A DNA stretch of 64,000 nt, from assembly GCA_964016885.1 (NCBI GenBank), contig OZ024740.1, positions 347,200,001 through 347,264,000 on the forward strand. The letters run 5' to 3'. The position numbers were made by a program, and so were the translations under genes. A model generated the notes under the pieces. That model did no database searches. It had not been told where the DNA came from and saw only the letters and a program-made list of their open reading frames with translations. Every line of letters begins with the position of its first letter. Position 1 is the stretch's first letter. Source of the stretch: Eledone cirrhosa. Taxonomy: Eukaryota. Of this stretch, positions 1 through 12,145 are shown in pieces.

Positions 1-59
<59 letters not shown>

Positions 60-167
60 TACATTTATATATATATACATATATATATATGTTGTACATG
101 TGTGTATATATATATATATACATATGTGTGTGTATATATATATATTATACATATATATATGCATGTA

Positions 168-200
<33 letters not shown>
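1..200. repeat. (AT)n/(GT)n microsatellite
   Basis: Directly visible dinucleotide runs. Confidence 0.98.
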
Positions 201-207
<7 letters not shown>

Positions 208-319
208 TAAGAGGAATTCCAACTTTGTCTGATTTACTCGTTTTATTTACAATCCTTTAAAATTTATAATGGTATTATAATGAAATAGTATGATAGAATA
301 TTAAATTCTAAGTGTTAAT

Positions 320-358
320 TGAACAAGTACTTTCATGCTTTCGCAATCTTCAGGTTCA
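320..358 (-). ncRNA. Mirror copy of the hammerhead motif
   Basis: Reverse complement of 430-468 in the left arm. Confidence 0.85.
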
Positions 359-429
359 TAATATGTGGTGACAGTCAAGTTTGCAATTTTCAACTTGAAA
401 ATTGCAAACTTGACTGTCACCACATATTA

Positions 430-468
430 TGAACCTGAAGATTGCGAAAGCATGAAAGTACTTGTTCA
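430..468 (+). ncRNA. Minimal type-I hammerhead ribozyme motif
   Basis: tgaac-CTGAAGA-t.tgc(gaaa)gca.t-GAAA-gtac-TT-gttca. Stem I tgaac/gttca; self-complementary stem III agtact. Confidence 0.85.
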
Positions 469-615
469 ATTAACACTTAGAATTTAATATTCTATCATAC
501 TATTTCATTATAATACCATTATAAATTTTAAAGGATTGTAAATAAAACGAATAAATCAGACAAAGTTGGAATTCCTCTTATTAATATAATCTTCTATACA
601 CAATCATACACACCC

Positions 616-935
<320 letters not shown>

Positions 936-1282
936 AGAGGAACGAAGCTTGCATGCTCCGCTGGATGTGTAACAGTAATATACGTGAACGGCAAAGCATA
1001 AACGAACTAAGGAAAAAATTAGAAATAAGAGGGATCAGATGTTGTTTACTCGAGAGAAGGCTACGTTGGTATGGACACGTGATGCGCATGAAAGTCGATA
1101 GCTGTATAACAAAGTGCAGGGCAATAAAGATAGATGGTAGCCACGGAATAGGCAGACCTAGAAAAACCTGGGACGAGCTGATAAACTCCGACCTCACACA
1201 CTTACACCAAGACAATGTCACTGGACCGAGACCTTTGGCGGTACTCAGTAACAGAGAAGACCCGCCTTACCTAAATACATAG
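936..1282 (+). pseudogene. RTE-clade LINE 3' fragment
   Basis: Translation EACMLRWMC...[12 protein letters not shown]...GRPRKTW matches the C-terminus typical of RTE ORFs. Confidence 0.85.
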
Positions 1283-1359
1283 TAAAACCTACTACAGCCA
1301 GTAGGCATCTCTAACAAAATACACCCCGTCCCACCACCACCACCCCATCCACACCACCC

Positions 1360-1668
1360 CGTTCTATGTAAAGTTATGTTGGTGCCGCGCCATCCAGGCC
1401 GAAACAAATGAGATCGTGTAGGTGTCACGACAAAAAAAACACACAGTCCACGCTGTAATGTGGCCGTGTAGGCAACACGGTAAAAACCTCCCAGACCCAC
1501 ACTGTGAATGTGGTTTGTGTTAGGAAGGGCATCCAACTGTAGAAAACCTGCCAGACAGTCCTATGCGAGCAAGACAATCACTCTTGCCTCAAGTGGGAAT
1601 ACCCCCGTCCAAACCCATGCAAGCGTGGAACACGGACGTTAAACGTTGATGATGATGTTGATGATGAT
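1360..1668 (+). mobile_element. Degenerate SINE with RTE-type 3' tail
   Basis: Contains ttaggaagggcatcca..gtagaaa and ends aacccatgcaagcgtggaacacggacgttaaac followed by (GAT)n. Resembles cephalopod SINE/RTE tails. Boundaries approximate. Confidence 0.55.
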
Positions 1669-1727
1669 ATATATATGTATATATATATACACATATATAT
1701 ATATACATATAAATATATACATATATT

Positions 1728-1777
<50 letters not shown>

Positions 1778-1819
1778 TACATTTATATATATATATACAT
1801 ACATATATATATGTTGTGC

Positions 1820-1850
<31 letters not shown>

Positions 1851-1853
1851 CAT

Positions 1854-1887
<34 letters not shown>

Positions 1888-1983
1888 GATATATACATAT
1901 ATGTGTATATATATATATATATATACATATATATATGTATATCTATGTATATATATATGTATATATATATATGTAAATATATG

Positions 1984-2059
<76 letters not shown>

Positions 2060-2080
2060 CATATACATATATATATATAC

Positions 2081-2145
<65 letters not shown>

Positions 2146-2365
2146 TATATATACATATTTATATATATACATATATATATATATACACATATATATATAT
2201 ACATATTTATATATATACATATATATATATATATACATATATATATACATATATATACATATATATATACATATATATATATATACACATATATATATAC
2301 ATATATACATATATATATATATATACATATATATATACATATACATATATATATACATATATATG

Positions 2366-2439
<74 letters not shown>

Positions 2440-2450
2440 ATATATATATG

Positions 2451-2483
<33 letters not shown>

Positions 2484-2527
2484 CTATATATATGTATATA
2501 TATACATATATATATACATATATATAT
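1669..2527. repeat. (AT)n/(ATAC) compound microsatellite
   Basis: Directly visible. Confidence 0.97.
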
Positions 2528-3135
2528 GGTGGCTGCCAACTCGTTTTCGAGTACGGCCACTACTTTATATCCATGTAGGAGAACCCCTACCTATGCGCTG
2601 AACGAGTGTGACTTTTTAGTCCAGCCAGCGACTTGAAAACTCTGGTACAAACACTACACTTGTGACAATTATTAACACATAGTGCTGGGCCCATGGTACC
2701 ATGTGACGACAAGTGCAGAGAGATCTCCAGATACAAAGCAATGCCTGTGCCGTGAAGCTTTTATAGTGAGCAAAGGCACTGCACAAAGCCAGTCCCACTC
2801 TCTTAACCAAGATGATATTTACCAAAAAGAAGAACAGGTCAACATCATTGGATACCATCAGGGTTGCAGATGTTATATCAGAGTTTTCCTTCTCCTAGAA
2901 TTCTGCCTTGACAAAGGCTAAGGGGTCATCTCTCCCAGTGATTTTGGATGGCCATTGACTCTTAAGAGGTCCTTTGCCCTTTGACAGGTTTTGTTTTTAG
3001 TCCTGCAGGATGTCCAAAGTCACCCTCCTCACCACGAAACCTTGGTGGGATTGCCAGTTTAGTCGTCAACGACCCGACCATGAGACAGGTTGTACTGGGA
3101 TACATGTTACCAGTAGCACCAAGTGGTGACCTGAC
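2528..3135 (-). mobile_element. Probable RTE-like LINE 5' end fragment
   Basis: The minus strand has ggagaaggaaaactctga, an RTE 5'UTR-like motif. Its first ~150 nt are clearly homologous to 23577-23730. Confidence 0.55.
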
Positions 3136-3710
<575 letters not shown>

Positions 3711-3819
3711 TATATATAGACAAAATGTATTCTCTAAAGCGATGCAAGTTACAATCATGCAAAAGTACACAAATATATACACACTCCTTTCATACTAATA
3801 TATCTATCTATCTATCTAT
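3711..3819. repeat. Left arm of a ~110-bp inverted repeat (partner 9765-9873)
   Basis: gcgatgcaagttacaatcatgcaaaagtacacaaatatatac is present as reverse complement at ~9803-9845. Confidence 0.9.
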
Positions 3820-4042
3820 CTGTATCTATATCTCGATGGACACATGTGCTGAGCTCGCTCGGTAAGGTTCGTTTAAATTCATCCGGAAATTGTGAACTGT
3901 AAACTTTCATTTTTGTACCATTTTGTAGAGGACTGCCAGGTCAAACTTTGATCTGGTCAGTCTCTCAAAATATTCTACGGCTTTAGGCGAAATAGTTAAA
4001 CAAAAAAAAGTTTTTTCTTGTTGAAAGGTAATATTTTTTTAA

Positions 4043-5837
4043 ATGGCTGAAGCTTCTTCACCAAAATTCGAAGGAGGAAAGGGGAAGATAAACTTACAGC
4101 TTCCCCCTGCCACTGTCACAGTAGCAGAGGTCAAGAAGAAAGGTAAGCCAGAGGAAGAATTTTCTCCACCTGTTAACCGACAACTTGACGTTGCCATGGC
4201 AACAACCCAAAGAACCAGCGGCACCAGCAACAGCAACAACAACAACAATGCGACGGACGAAAACAACACCAATAACAATAAGAACAACAAGACCAATAAC
4301 TGTGACAACAACAACAATGATAACAACAACACTACCAACGACAACAACAACACAAACAAACAAAATTTCTCCTTCGCCGAGACGGCAAGGAAAACCCTCG
4401 ACTATCTGCCAGTAGTATAACCAAAGCGAAGGAGCTACTGGCAGATGCCAAATAATATATAGTGTACGGGGAAAACCGTTCATTCACAATCCATCCCCCC
4501 CCCCCCGGAACTAAAAAGCCAGAGACTCCTAAACACTGTCATGTTTAGGTCAATCTCGAATAAAAGCAAAAAACCAGCTCAACCATCACAGAGTGAGATA
4601 GAGCTGGTTTTAAAAGACGTCATGAAGGACATCACCTTCATTCAGAAGGATAGACTCTACGGGAGTCTATCCATTCTCATGAAGGACAGGGACACAGCAG
4701 TGAAACTGTCCATCAAACCAATCACATCCACCGCATACACCTTCTACCCTACGTATATGGGTAGAAGAACACAAAAAATAAAATTCCACACCATCCTGCC
4801 AATTATGGACATATGGTGGGTTTTGACAGGTTTCCTGGACCTGGAGGATGACATGCTGGTGTCCATAGGAAAGGCATCGGGTGACGCGTTAAGTGGAACG
4901 AGCCTCGAACTTGTAGTTCAAATGAGGCCCGAAAGGATCGCCCAGATCCCTGAACGCGTCATACTGGATGATCTAACCGTCATCAACATTACCGTTGAGG
5001 ATAGGCGGCCCTCGTGTTACCTCTGCGTAACCAGAGGTCACTTGAGAGCTGTCTGTCACCAACTTAATAAGAAAACCCCAATCCCGCCTACACCACCAAC
5101 AACTGCACAACCAACACAATCACCACAACTACCACTACAAAAACAACCACCACAGCTCAAACTAAAACAAAACAATGTTCAACCCATCCCCTCCACTCAA
5201 AAAACAAAAACAATTTCCAAAACACCCGCACCGCAAACACAACCCGAAAATATACCCCTCCCCTCCAACGCGGAAGATGACCCTAGTTCGTCGTCAGACG
5301 AGGAGGTGCACTTCCACACAATCAAAAGAAAAAAAAAGAAAACACACCTCAGGAACACAAATGAAAACAACCCCTCCCCAAAACATAACACTGACACCAA
5401 CACAAAAGAGCTCACAACAACAGCAAACAAAAAACACCACACAAAGACAAAAACATGCATACACATACATAAACACAAGAAACAAAAAACTGTTAAACAT
5501 TGTGTACAACAACAATCTAATAAAAACACAAGGACCTAACTTCACCCAGGCAGGGGATTTCCCCCACCTCAAAATGATTAAGGCCCCACAGGACACCTAT
5601 ATAACTTTAAAAAACAATTTTAAAGAGGACGTGGGTCCCCCCTGCGTCGGGCCCATTAACCGCGTCCTCCTAAAAAACTAACCCACCCCCTCCCCAAACA
5701 CCCACACATCTCCAAACTCCCTAACCACACAACACACTGATGCCCCTACACTTCCACAAACCACCACCCCACCCAACAACCCATCCCCCACCCTAATGGA
5801 AATTGTGCAGCCCGATACCCGGGAGGCAGAGAGGTAA
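4043..5837 (+). pseudogene. Tx1 ORF1 (gag-like), frameshifted
   Basis: Pieces 4043-4420, 4541-5539 and 5175-5681. CCHC knuckle CYLCVTRGHLRAVC. Same layout as the ORF1 at 51873-54005. Confidence 0.85.
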
Positions 5838-5861
5838 GTGCCTTTTCTCTTCACCACCAAC

Positions 5862-8800
5862 ATGGCTATGCTAAGAGTAGGCTGTTTAAATGCGCGTGGC
5901 CTGGGCTCAACTTGGAAGCAAGCAATGCTTCTAAATGACTTCAGGTCACAACGTATAGATGTGATGGTTATTTGCGAGGCCCGGATCAGCAACGTGCGAC
6001 AGCTGGCCCCCACCTTTGATGACTTTGAGATGCACGCATCTCTCTGTCAGCCCGGAGGTGGGGGTGGAGTTGTCGTTCTGCTGCAAAAACATCTGGGTCT
6101 CGCAACAAAGATGGTACATTTGGACCCGGAGGGTCGACTAGTGGTTCTGGACCTTGGCAGTGGTAAAGGCGGAGCGTTTAGGTTGGTAGCCGCCTACGGC
6201 CCTTTCGGGTCAATGCGGCCGGACTTCTTCCATCGTCTGGAGACTTTTCTAGGGACGTCCCGCTCCTTGCTATTAGTGGCTGACTGGAAGGGTATCCTAG
6301 ATGCACGCTGGGACTACGTAGGGGCCTGTCCCGATAGAGAGGGGTGTAATAGCCTCAAAGGGTTAATCGGTCGATTTGACCAGGCCGATAGATATCGACT
6401 AGATTTTCCGACTGCGCCAACCTGGACTTGGGCAAATCGTAGCGGATCATCTAGGTCGTACCTAGATAGGTTCTTAGTTAGAATTAAGGATAAGGACTTT
6501 TTAAGTTGTCCAAAAATGCGCATGGTTGGCTATTCAGACCACAAGTTAGTGACCTGCATGATCAACCTTGACAGAACTCATAGACAGGGACCCGGTTACT
6601 GGAAGCTCAACTTGTCCTTACCGGCAAGTAAGGCTTACAGGGACCGGATTAGCACTTTATTTAAGGAGCGGTTGACGGGCGCCATCGTCAACAGCAGGTG
6701 GTGGGGATCTCTTAAAAGAGAGATTAGAGTAGTCTCCATAGAATTTAGTAAGGAGTTAGCCTCAAATAGAAATAGGAAGGAAAGGGAGTTGGTAGATAGT
6801 GTAGAAGAGGCAATTAGAAGCGGCGACGTGGCCAGAGTGCTAGCGTCGAGAACGGCCCTGGGCCAGTTCTTCGACGCGAAACACGAAGGCTGCATCGTCC
6901 GAAGCAAAATACGTGCTCTGGGAAACGAGGGGACCAAAGCTGTTAGCTGGGCCCGCGTGACAGAAGCCAAAAGAGGGAGCGGATCCACTATCCGGTCTTT
7001 GCGAGACCAGGATGGACGGGTGATCCTTGAACCTATGCAGATGTGCGAGGCTTTTCAAAAGCACTTTGCCGGATTGTTCGGAAGGGGCGGGGGGCCGGTT
7101 GGGGATGTGAACTTCGGTCCATACCTCGACGGCCTGCCGCGTCTCTCGGACAGGGAGGCGAAGTCCTGCGAGGAGCCGATTTCAGCCGCTGAGATAGAAG
7201 ACGTGCTGAGCCAATGCGGCAAACGCAAATCCCCGGGTCTCGATGGACTTCCATACGAACTATATCTAGCTATGCCGGACTTGTTCCCCGATCTCCTCGA
7301 GGCGGTCTACTGCAACTGGCAACAGAACGGGAGAATTCCCTGTGCTGTGACCAGGGGCGTAGTCACGCTAGAGAGGAAGGACGAGAACAAGGAGGACGAT
7401 AAAAATAATTTCAGGCACATAACTCTGCTAAATACAGAGTTACAGATTTTGGCCAAGGTGCTAGCAAAGAGGTTGGCGCTTGACGTGGGCAACCTGGTGG
7501 GAGATGCGCAGACATGTGCTATCCGTCCAGGTCCATCCACGACAACCTCCACCTCATGCGATCCATCATAGAGAGGGTTGGGAACGAACCCGGCTTTGGT
7601 GGGGCCCTGATCAACTTGGATCAATCTAAGGCATTCGATAGGGTCGACCATGATTACCTGGATGCGGTGCTAGCGGCGGCAGGCTTCGGACCCGTTTTCA
7701 GGGGCTGGATCAATGCCATGCACAGCAGCCGCATCTGCTCTAGGGTCAAGGTGAACGGCTACCTCTCGGAGCCGTTCGAAATCACGCGGTCCATCCGACA
7801 GGGGTGCCCTCTCTCCTCCCTTCTGTATGTAATGACTCTAGAGCCACTGCTGCGGAAGTTGGAGTTGTTGCAGGGCATCCTGTTGGAACCGGGATTGCGG
7901 AAAGCGGTGTCAGCCTACGCCGATGACGTAACAGTAATGGTGTCGACGGCCTCGGAAATCGGGGCGATCGGCACCATACTGGAGGAGTACGAAAGGTTTA
8001 CAGGGGCTAAGCTGAACCAGGACAAGTCGATCGGTCTGCAACTCGGCACGTGGAGGGGCAGATCGATGCCCTCCGATGGCGTCGTCGGGCGCTGGACGGA
8101 GGGCCCGGTGAAGTTGCTCGGGGTCTGGTTCGGACCAGACCTCCAGGTGGAGAAGAACTGGGGTGAGGTAACGAACTGGGTGTTTGCACTGATCCAGAAG
8201 TGGGCCGAGTGCAAACTGTCCCTGAAAGGTCGGGCGGAGGTGGCGAACACTTATATAGCGTCCGTCATCTACTACCGCCTGACCGTTGTCCCTTTCCCAA
8301 GGGGAACGCTCGCCAAAATGGAGCACGCACTCTTCCAATTCCTTTGGAAGAAGTGTGCTCCTATGGTGAGGAGATCCATCTGCTGTCAACACCCTTCGAA
8401 AGGAGGGCTGGGGATGCCGTGGCTAATGATACGTAAACACGCATTAAGGCTACGGCACCTTCAGGTATTCCTCTCCGGACAACCGGTGTGGGCCCCGTTT
8501 GTGAGGCGAGCCTTTCCCAGACTCGTCTCACTCACCGAACTGCAATCCTGGGTCAAGCAAAGACCGAGAAAACTGGGCGCCTGGCACACCGAGTGTGCCC
8601 AGGCGCTCACGGCTCTCTGGCAGGCGGACCCGGCTGTCAGTGGAGAATCCACCTCGTCATTCTATAGAGGGCTGGTGGTTAGCAGGTGCGACGACGCCCT
8701 CGGAGAAGCCCTAGGCATGGCGGAAGACGAACTGGCCAACCTGTTCGGTAGGACATTCAGCCCGGGACCCATGGATAACTTCCAGAGGTTCCTGGCCTGG

Positions 8801-9346
8801 CAATGCTACAGAAGGGCTCTGCCCGTTCGAGAAAGGCTCTACAGACACGGGCGCCCGGGTAGGGACCCATCGAAAAAGATCTGTCCCAGATGCGTGTGCG
8901 ACGAGGAAACCGTTGCACACGCATTGGTACACTGCTCGGGCATTGCCGATCTGTGAGGCTATGTCGAACAACTGCTGTCAAGGGTGGGACCAATCCGGTT
9001 GACCACCGAGTCTATTGTAACGATCAAGCCGCCTCTCCTCATCAAAAACGAAGGAGAGGCGGTGTTTCTGTGCGTAATAGCCATGGCGAATGAGGTTGTA
9101 TGGTGGACGCGTCTGAAAGGATTGAGGTCAGACACCTTTCTCTCTGGCCAACAACTGGTCCGTTTCTTCCGATATCATTTCGGAAGAAGGATCAGGATGG
9201 AGAGAGAGGTGCTGCACCCCAGCCGTTTTTATGAAAGATTGGTGAAAGTGGCGAGAATGGCCCGTGTGAATGGGCCTTCACTCTACATCATACTATATGT
9301 GAGGAAGGAGAAAGACCAAGGGAGCACCCCTTCTCTGTGCTCCTGA
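5862..9346 (+). pseudogene. Tx1 ORF2 (APE endonuclease-RT-Zn finger), disrupted
   Basis: Motifs LNARGL, SDHKLV, KSPGLDGL, DQSKAFDRV, RQGCPLS, YADD and CPRC..ETVAHALVHC. Frameshift near 7520 and stop at 8954. Confidence 0.95.
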
Positions 9347-9630
9347 GGAAAAGGGTTGCACACTTTTTTTCGGGGGTGTGTGCGACCCCCCAAGGCGGCT
9401 CCTCTCTATTGAGGACTTTGTTATAAATTTTATTTTTTGTTATATTTTATTTTATTTTTATATATTGTTATTGCCTCTCCTTATTGAGGACGCCTTGTTT
9501 TGTAAACTCCCCCCATTGTACTTGTCCCACTTTTGATGCCCTGGTGGCAAATAAAAGAAACATATCTATCTGTATCTATATCTATCTATCTATCTATTTA
9601 TGTATCTATCTATCTCTCTCTCTCTCTATA

Positions 9631-9731
<101 letters not shown>

Positions 9732-9764
9732 CATAGATAGATACATAGATAGATAGATAGATAT

Positions 9765-9873
9765 ATAGATAGATAGATAGATATATTAGTATGAAGGATG
9801 TGTGTATATATTTGTGTACTTTTGCATGATTGTAACTTGCATCGCTCTAGAGAATATATTTTGTCTATATATA
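9765..9873. repeat. Right arm of inverted repeat (partner 3711-3819)
   Basis: Reverse complement match with a few substitutions. Confidence 0.9.
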
Positions 9874-9987
9874 TACGTATATATATATATACATACACAC
9901 ACGCTTTGCTTTTTTCCATCCACTGAATTATTTTTGTATAAGTTCCCTGTGTCCACCTATTGCCTGGAAACTTAGCTGAGAATAGAC

Positions 9988-10066
9988 TTCCCTGATGACG
10001 AAAGGCTTCTCCGTACCTTTCTTAGGAAACTATGTTTATTCCCTTTCAGAAACTAATTAGTTGGAG
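9988..10066 (+). ncRNA. Hammerhead motif with extended stem II
   Basis: ttcc-CTGATGA-c.gaaagg...cctttc.a-GAAA-ctaattag-TT-ggag. Stem III actaattagt is palindromic. Confidence 0.7.
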
Positions 10067-10112
10067 TGAAATTTTAGTAAGTAAGTTAATTTTATAATTT
10101 TCTTATTTTACG

Positions 10113-10249
<137 letters not shown>

Positions 10250-10274
10250 TATATATACATATATATATATACAC

Positions 10275-10389
<115 letters not shown>

Positions 10390-10414
10390 TATATATACAT
10401 ATATATATATACAC

Positions 10415-10494
<80 letters not shown>

Positions 10495-10618
10495 ATGTAT
10501 ATATAATGTATTTTGCAATACACTTTATGCTTAATTAAAAGCATTTTGAAGACCGTAAGCTATTGTTTTAAAGTAGTGACAAATTCACTCACTTTGATCT
10601 CAGCAAACAGGGGAGATA

Positions 10619-10662
10619 AACCGACAAGACTTGTTTCGCTTTGGTTGAAGCTTATCAAGGCC
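10619..10662 (-). ncRNA. HHR, U3-A8 variant (array copy 1)
   Basis: Reverse complement reads ggcc-TTGATAA-gctt(caacca)aagc-GAAA-caag(t)cttg-TC-ggtt. Confidence 0.75.
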
Positions 10663-10934
10663 AACTACCCCACCTGTCTACTGAGATCATTGATGTTATA
10701 TTCTTATAGAAATCTAGTAAATAATCAGGAGCTGATTATGCAGAGCGGTTGTTGGTCAGGCAGAAATTAAAAATTAGAATTGGAGCTCTGAAATAGCAAT
10801 ATATATATGGATGTATATATAATGTATTTTGCAATACACTTCATGCTTAATTAAAAGCATTTTGAAGACCGTAAGCTATTGTTTTAAAGTAGTGACAAAT
10901 TCACTCACTTTGATCTCAGCAAACAGGGGAGATA

Positions 10935-10978
10935 AGCCGACAAGACTTGTTTCGCTTTGGTTGAAGCTTATCAAGGCC
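10935..10978 (-). ncRNA. HHR, U3-A8 variant (array copy 2)
   Basis: Same motif, with stem I' ggct. Confidence 0.8.
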
Positions 10979-11025
10979 AACTAAGAATATAACATCAATG
11001 ATCTCAGTAGACAGGTGTGGTAGTT

Positions 11026-11069
11026 GGCCTTGATAAGCTTCAACCAAAGCGAAACAAGTCTTGTCGGCT
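11026..11069 (+). ncRNA. HHR, U3-A8 variant (array copy 3)
   Basis: ggcc-TTGATAA-gctt(caacca)aagc-GAAA-caag(t)cttg-TC-ggct. GUC cleavage triplet at 11063-11065. Confidence 0.8.
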
Positions 11070-11341
11070 TATCTCCCCTGTTTGCTGAGATCAAAGTGAG
11101 TGAATTCGTCACTACTTTAAAACAATAGCTTACGGTCTTCAAAATGCTTTTAATTAAGCATAAAGTGTATTGCAAAATACATTATATATACATCCATATA
11201 TATATTGCTATTTCATAGCTCCAATTCTAATTTTTAATTTCTGCCTGACCAACAACCGCTCTGCATAATCAGCTCCTGATTATTTACTAGATTTCTATAA
11301 GAATATAACATCAATGATCTCAGTAGACAGGTGGTGTAGTT

Positions 11342-11385
11342 GGCCTTGATAAGCTTCAACCAAAGCGAAACAAGTCTTGTCGGCT
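11342..11385 (+). ncRNA. HHR, U3-A8 variant (array copy 4)
   Basis: Identical motif 316 bp downstream. Confidence 0.8.
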
Positions 11386-11657
11386 TATCTCCCCTGTTTG
11401 CTGAGATCAAAGTGAGTGAATTTGTCACAACTTTAAAACAATAGCTTACGGTCTTCAAAATGCTTTTAATTAAGCATAAAGTGTATTGCAAAATACATTA
11501 TATATACATCCATATATATATTGCTATTTCAGAGCTCCAATTCTAATTTTTAATTTCTGCCTGACCAACAACCGCTCTGCATAATCAGCTCCTGATTATT
11601 TACTAGATTTCTATAAGAATATAACATCAATGATCTCAGTAGACAGGTGGGGTAGTT

Positions 11658-11701
11658 GGCCTTGATAAGCTTCAACCAAAGCGAAACAAGTCTTGTCGGC
11701 T
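11658..11701 (+). ncRNA. HHR, U3-A8 variant (array copy 5)
   Basis: Identical motif a further 316 bp downstream. Confidence 0.8.
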
Positions 11702-11868
11702 TATCTCCCCTGTTTGCTGAGATCAAGGTGAGTGAATTTGTCACCACTTTAAAACAATAGCTTACGGTCTTCAAAATGCTTTTAATTAAGCATAAAGTGT
11801 ATTGCAAAATACATTATATATACATCCATATATATATTGCTATTTCAGAGCTCCAATTCTAATTTTTA

Positions 11869-11937
<69 letters not shown>

Positions 11938-11995
11938 CACATATATATAACAATATATATACATATATATACACATATATATAACAATATATACA

Positions 11996-12063
<68 letters not shown>

Positions 12064-12145
12064 ATAATAATAAAATTGATGACTAAAATCCAGAGAGGGC
12101 TCGATAAGGAAAATATATATCAAATATATAAGAACCGAAGAGCAA

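Larger units (their letters stand above)
201..587. mobile_element. 387-bp near-perfect palindrome (fold-back element, Penelope-like pLTR derivative) with an HHR in each arm
   Basis: Arms 201-393 and 395-587 are reverse complements around C394, with one mismatch seen (237 vs 551). Flanked by (AT)n. Confidence 0.85.
3834..9562 (+). mobile_element. Full-length decayed Tx1/L1-clade non-LTR retrotransposon (element A)
   Basis: ORF1 with zinc knuckle plus ORF2 with APE, RT and Zn finger. AATAAA near the 3' end. 21-bp TSD tatctatctgtatctatatct at 3813-3833 and 9563-9583 (microsatellite context). Confidence 0.93.
10492..11870. mobile_element. 316-bp monomer array (about 1.55 inverted units plus about 2.8 direct units), retrozyme-like
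   Basis: Exact 316-bp period on both sides of an inversion junction near 10983. One HHR per unit. Embedded in (AT)n. Confidence 0.9.

Noticed and set aside
10513-11807. Repeated 85-aa [13 protein letters not shown]...
   Set aside because: TTG start, no recognisable motif, antisense to the HHR; repeated only because the monomer is repeated.
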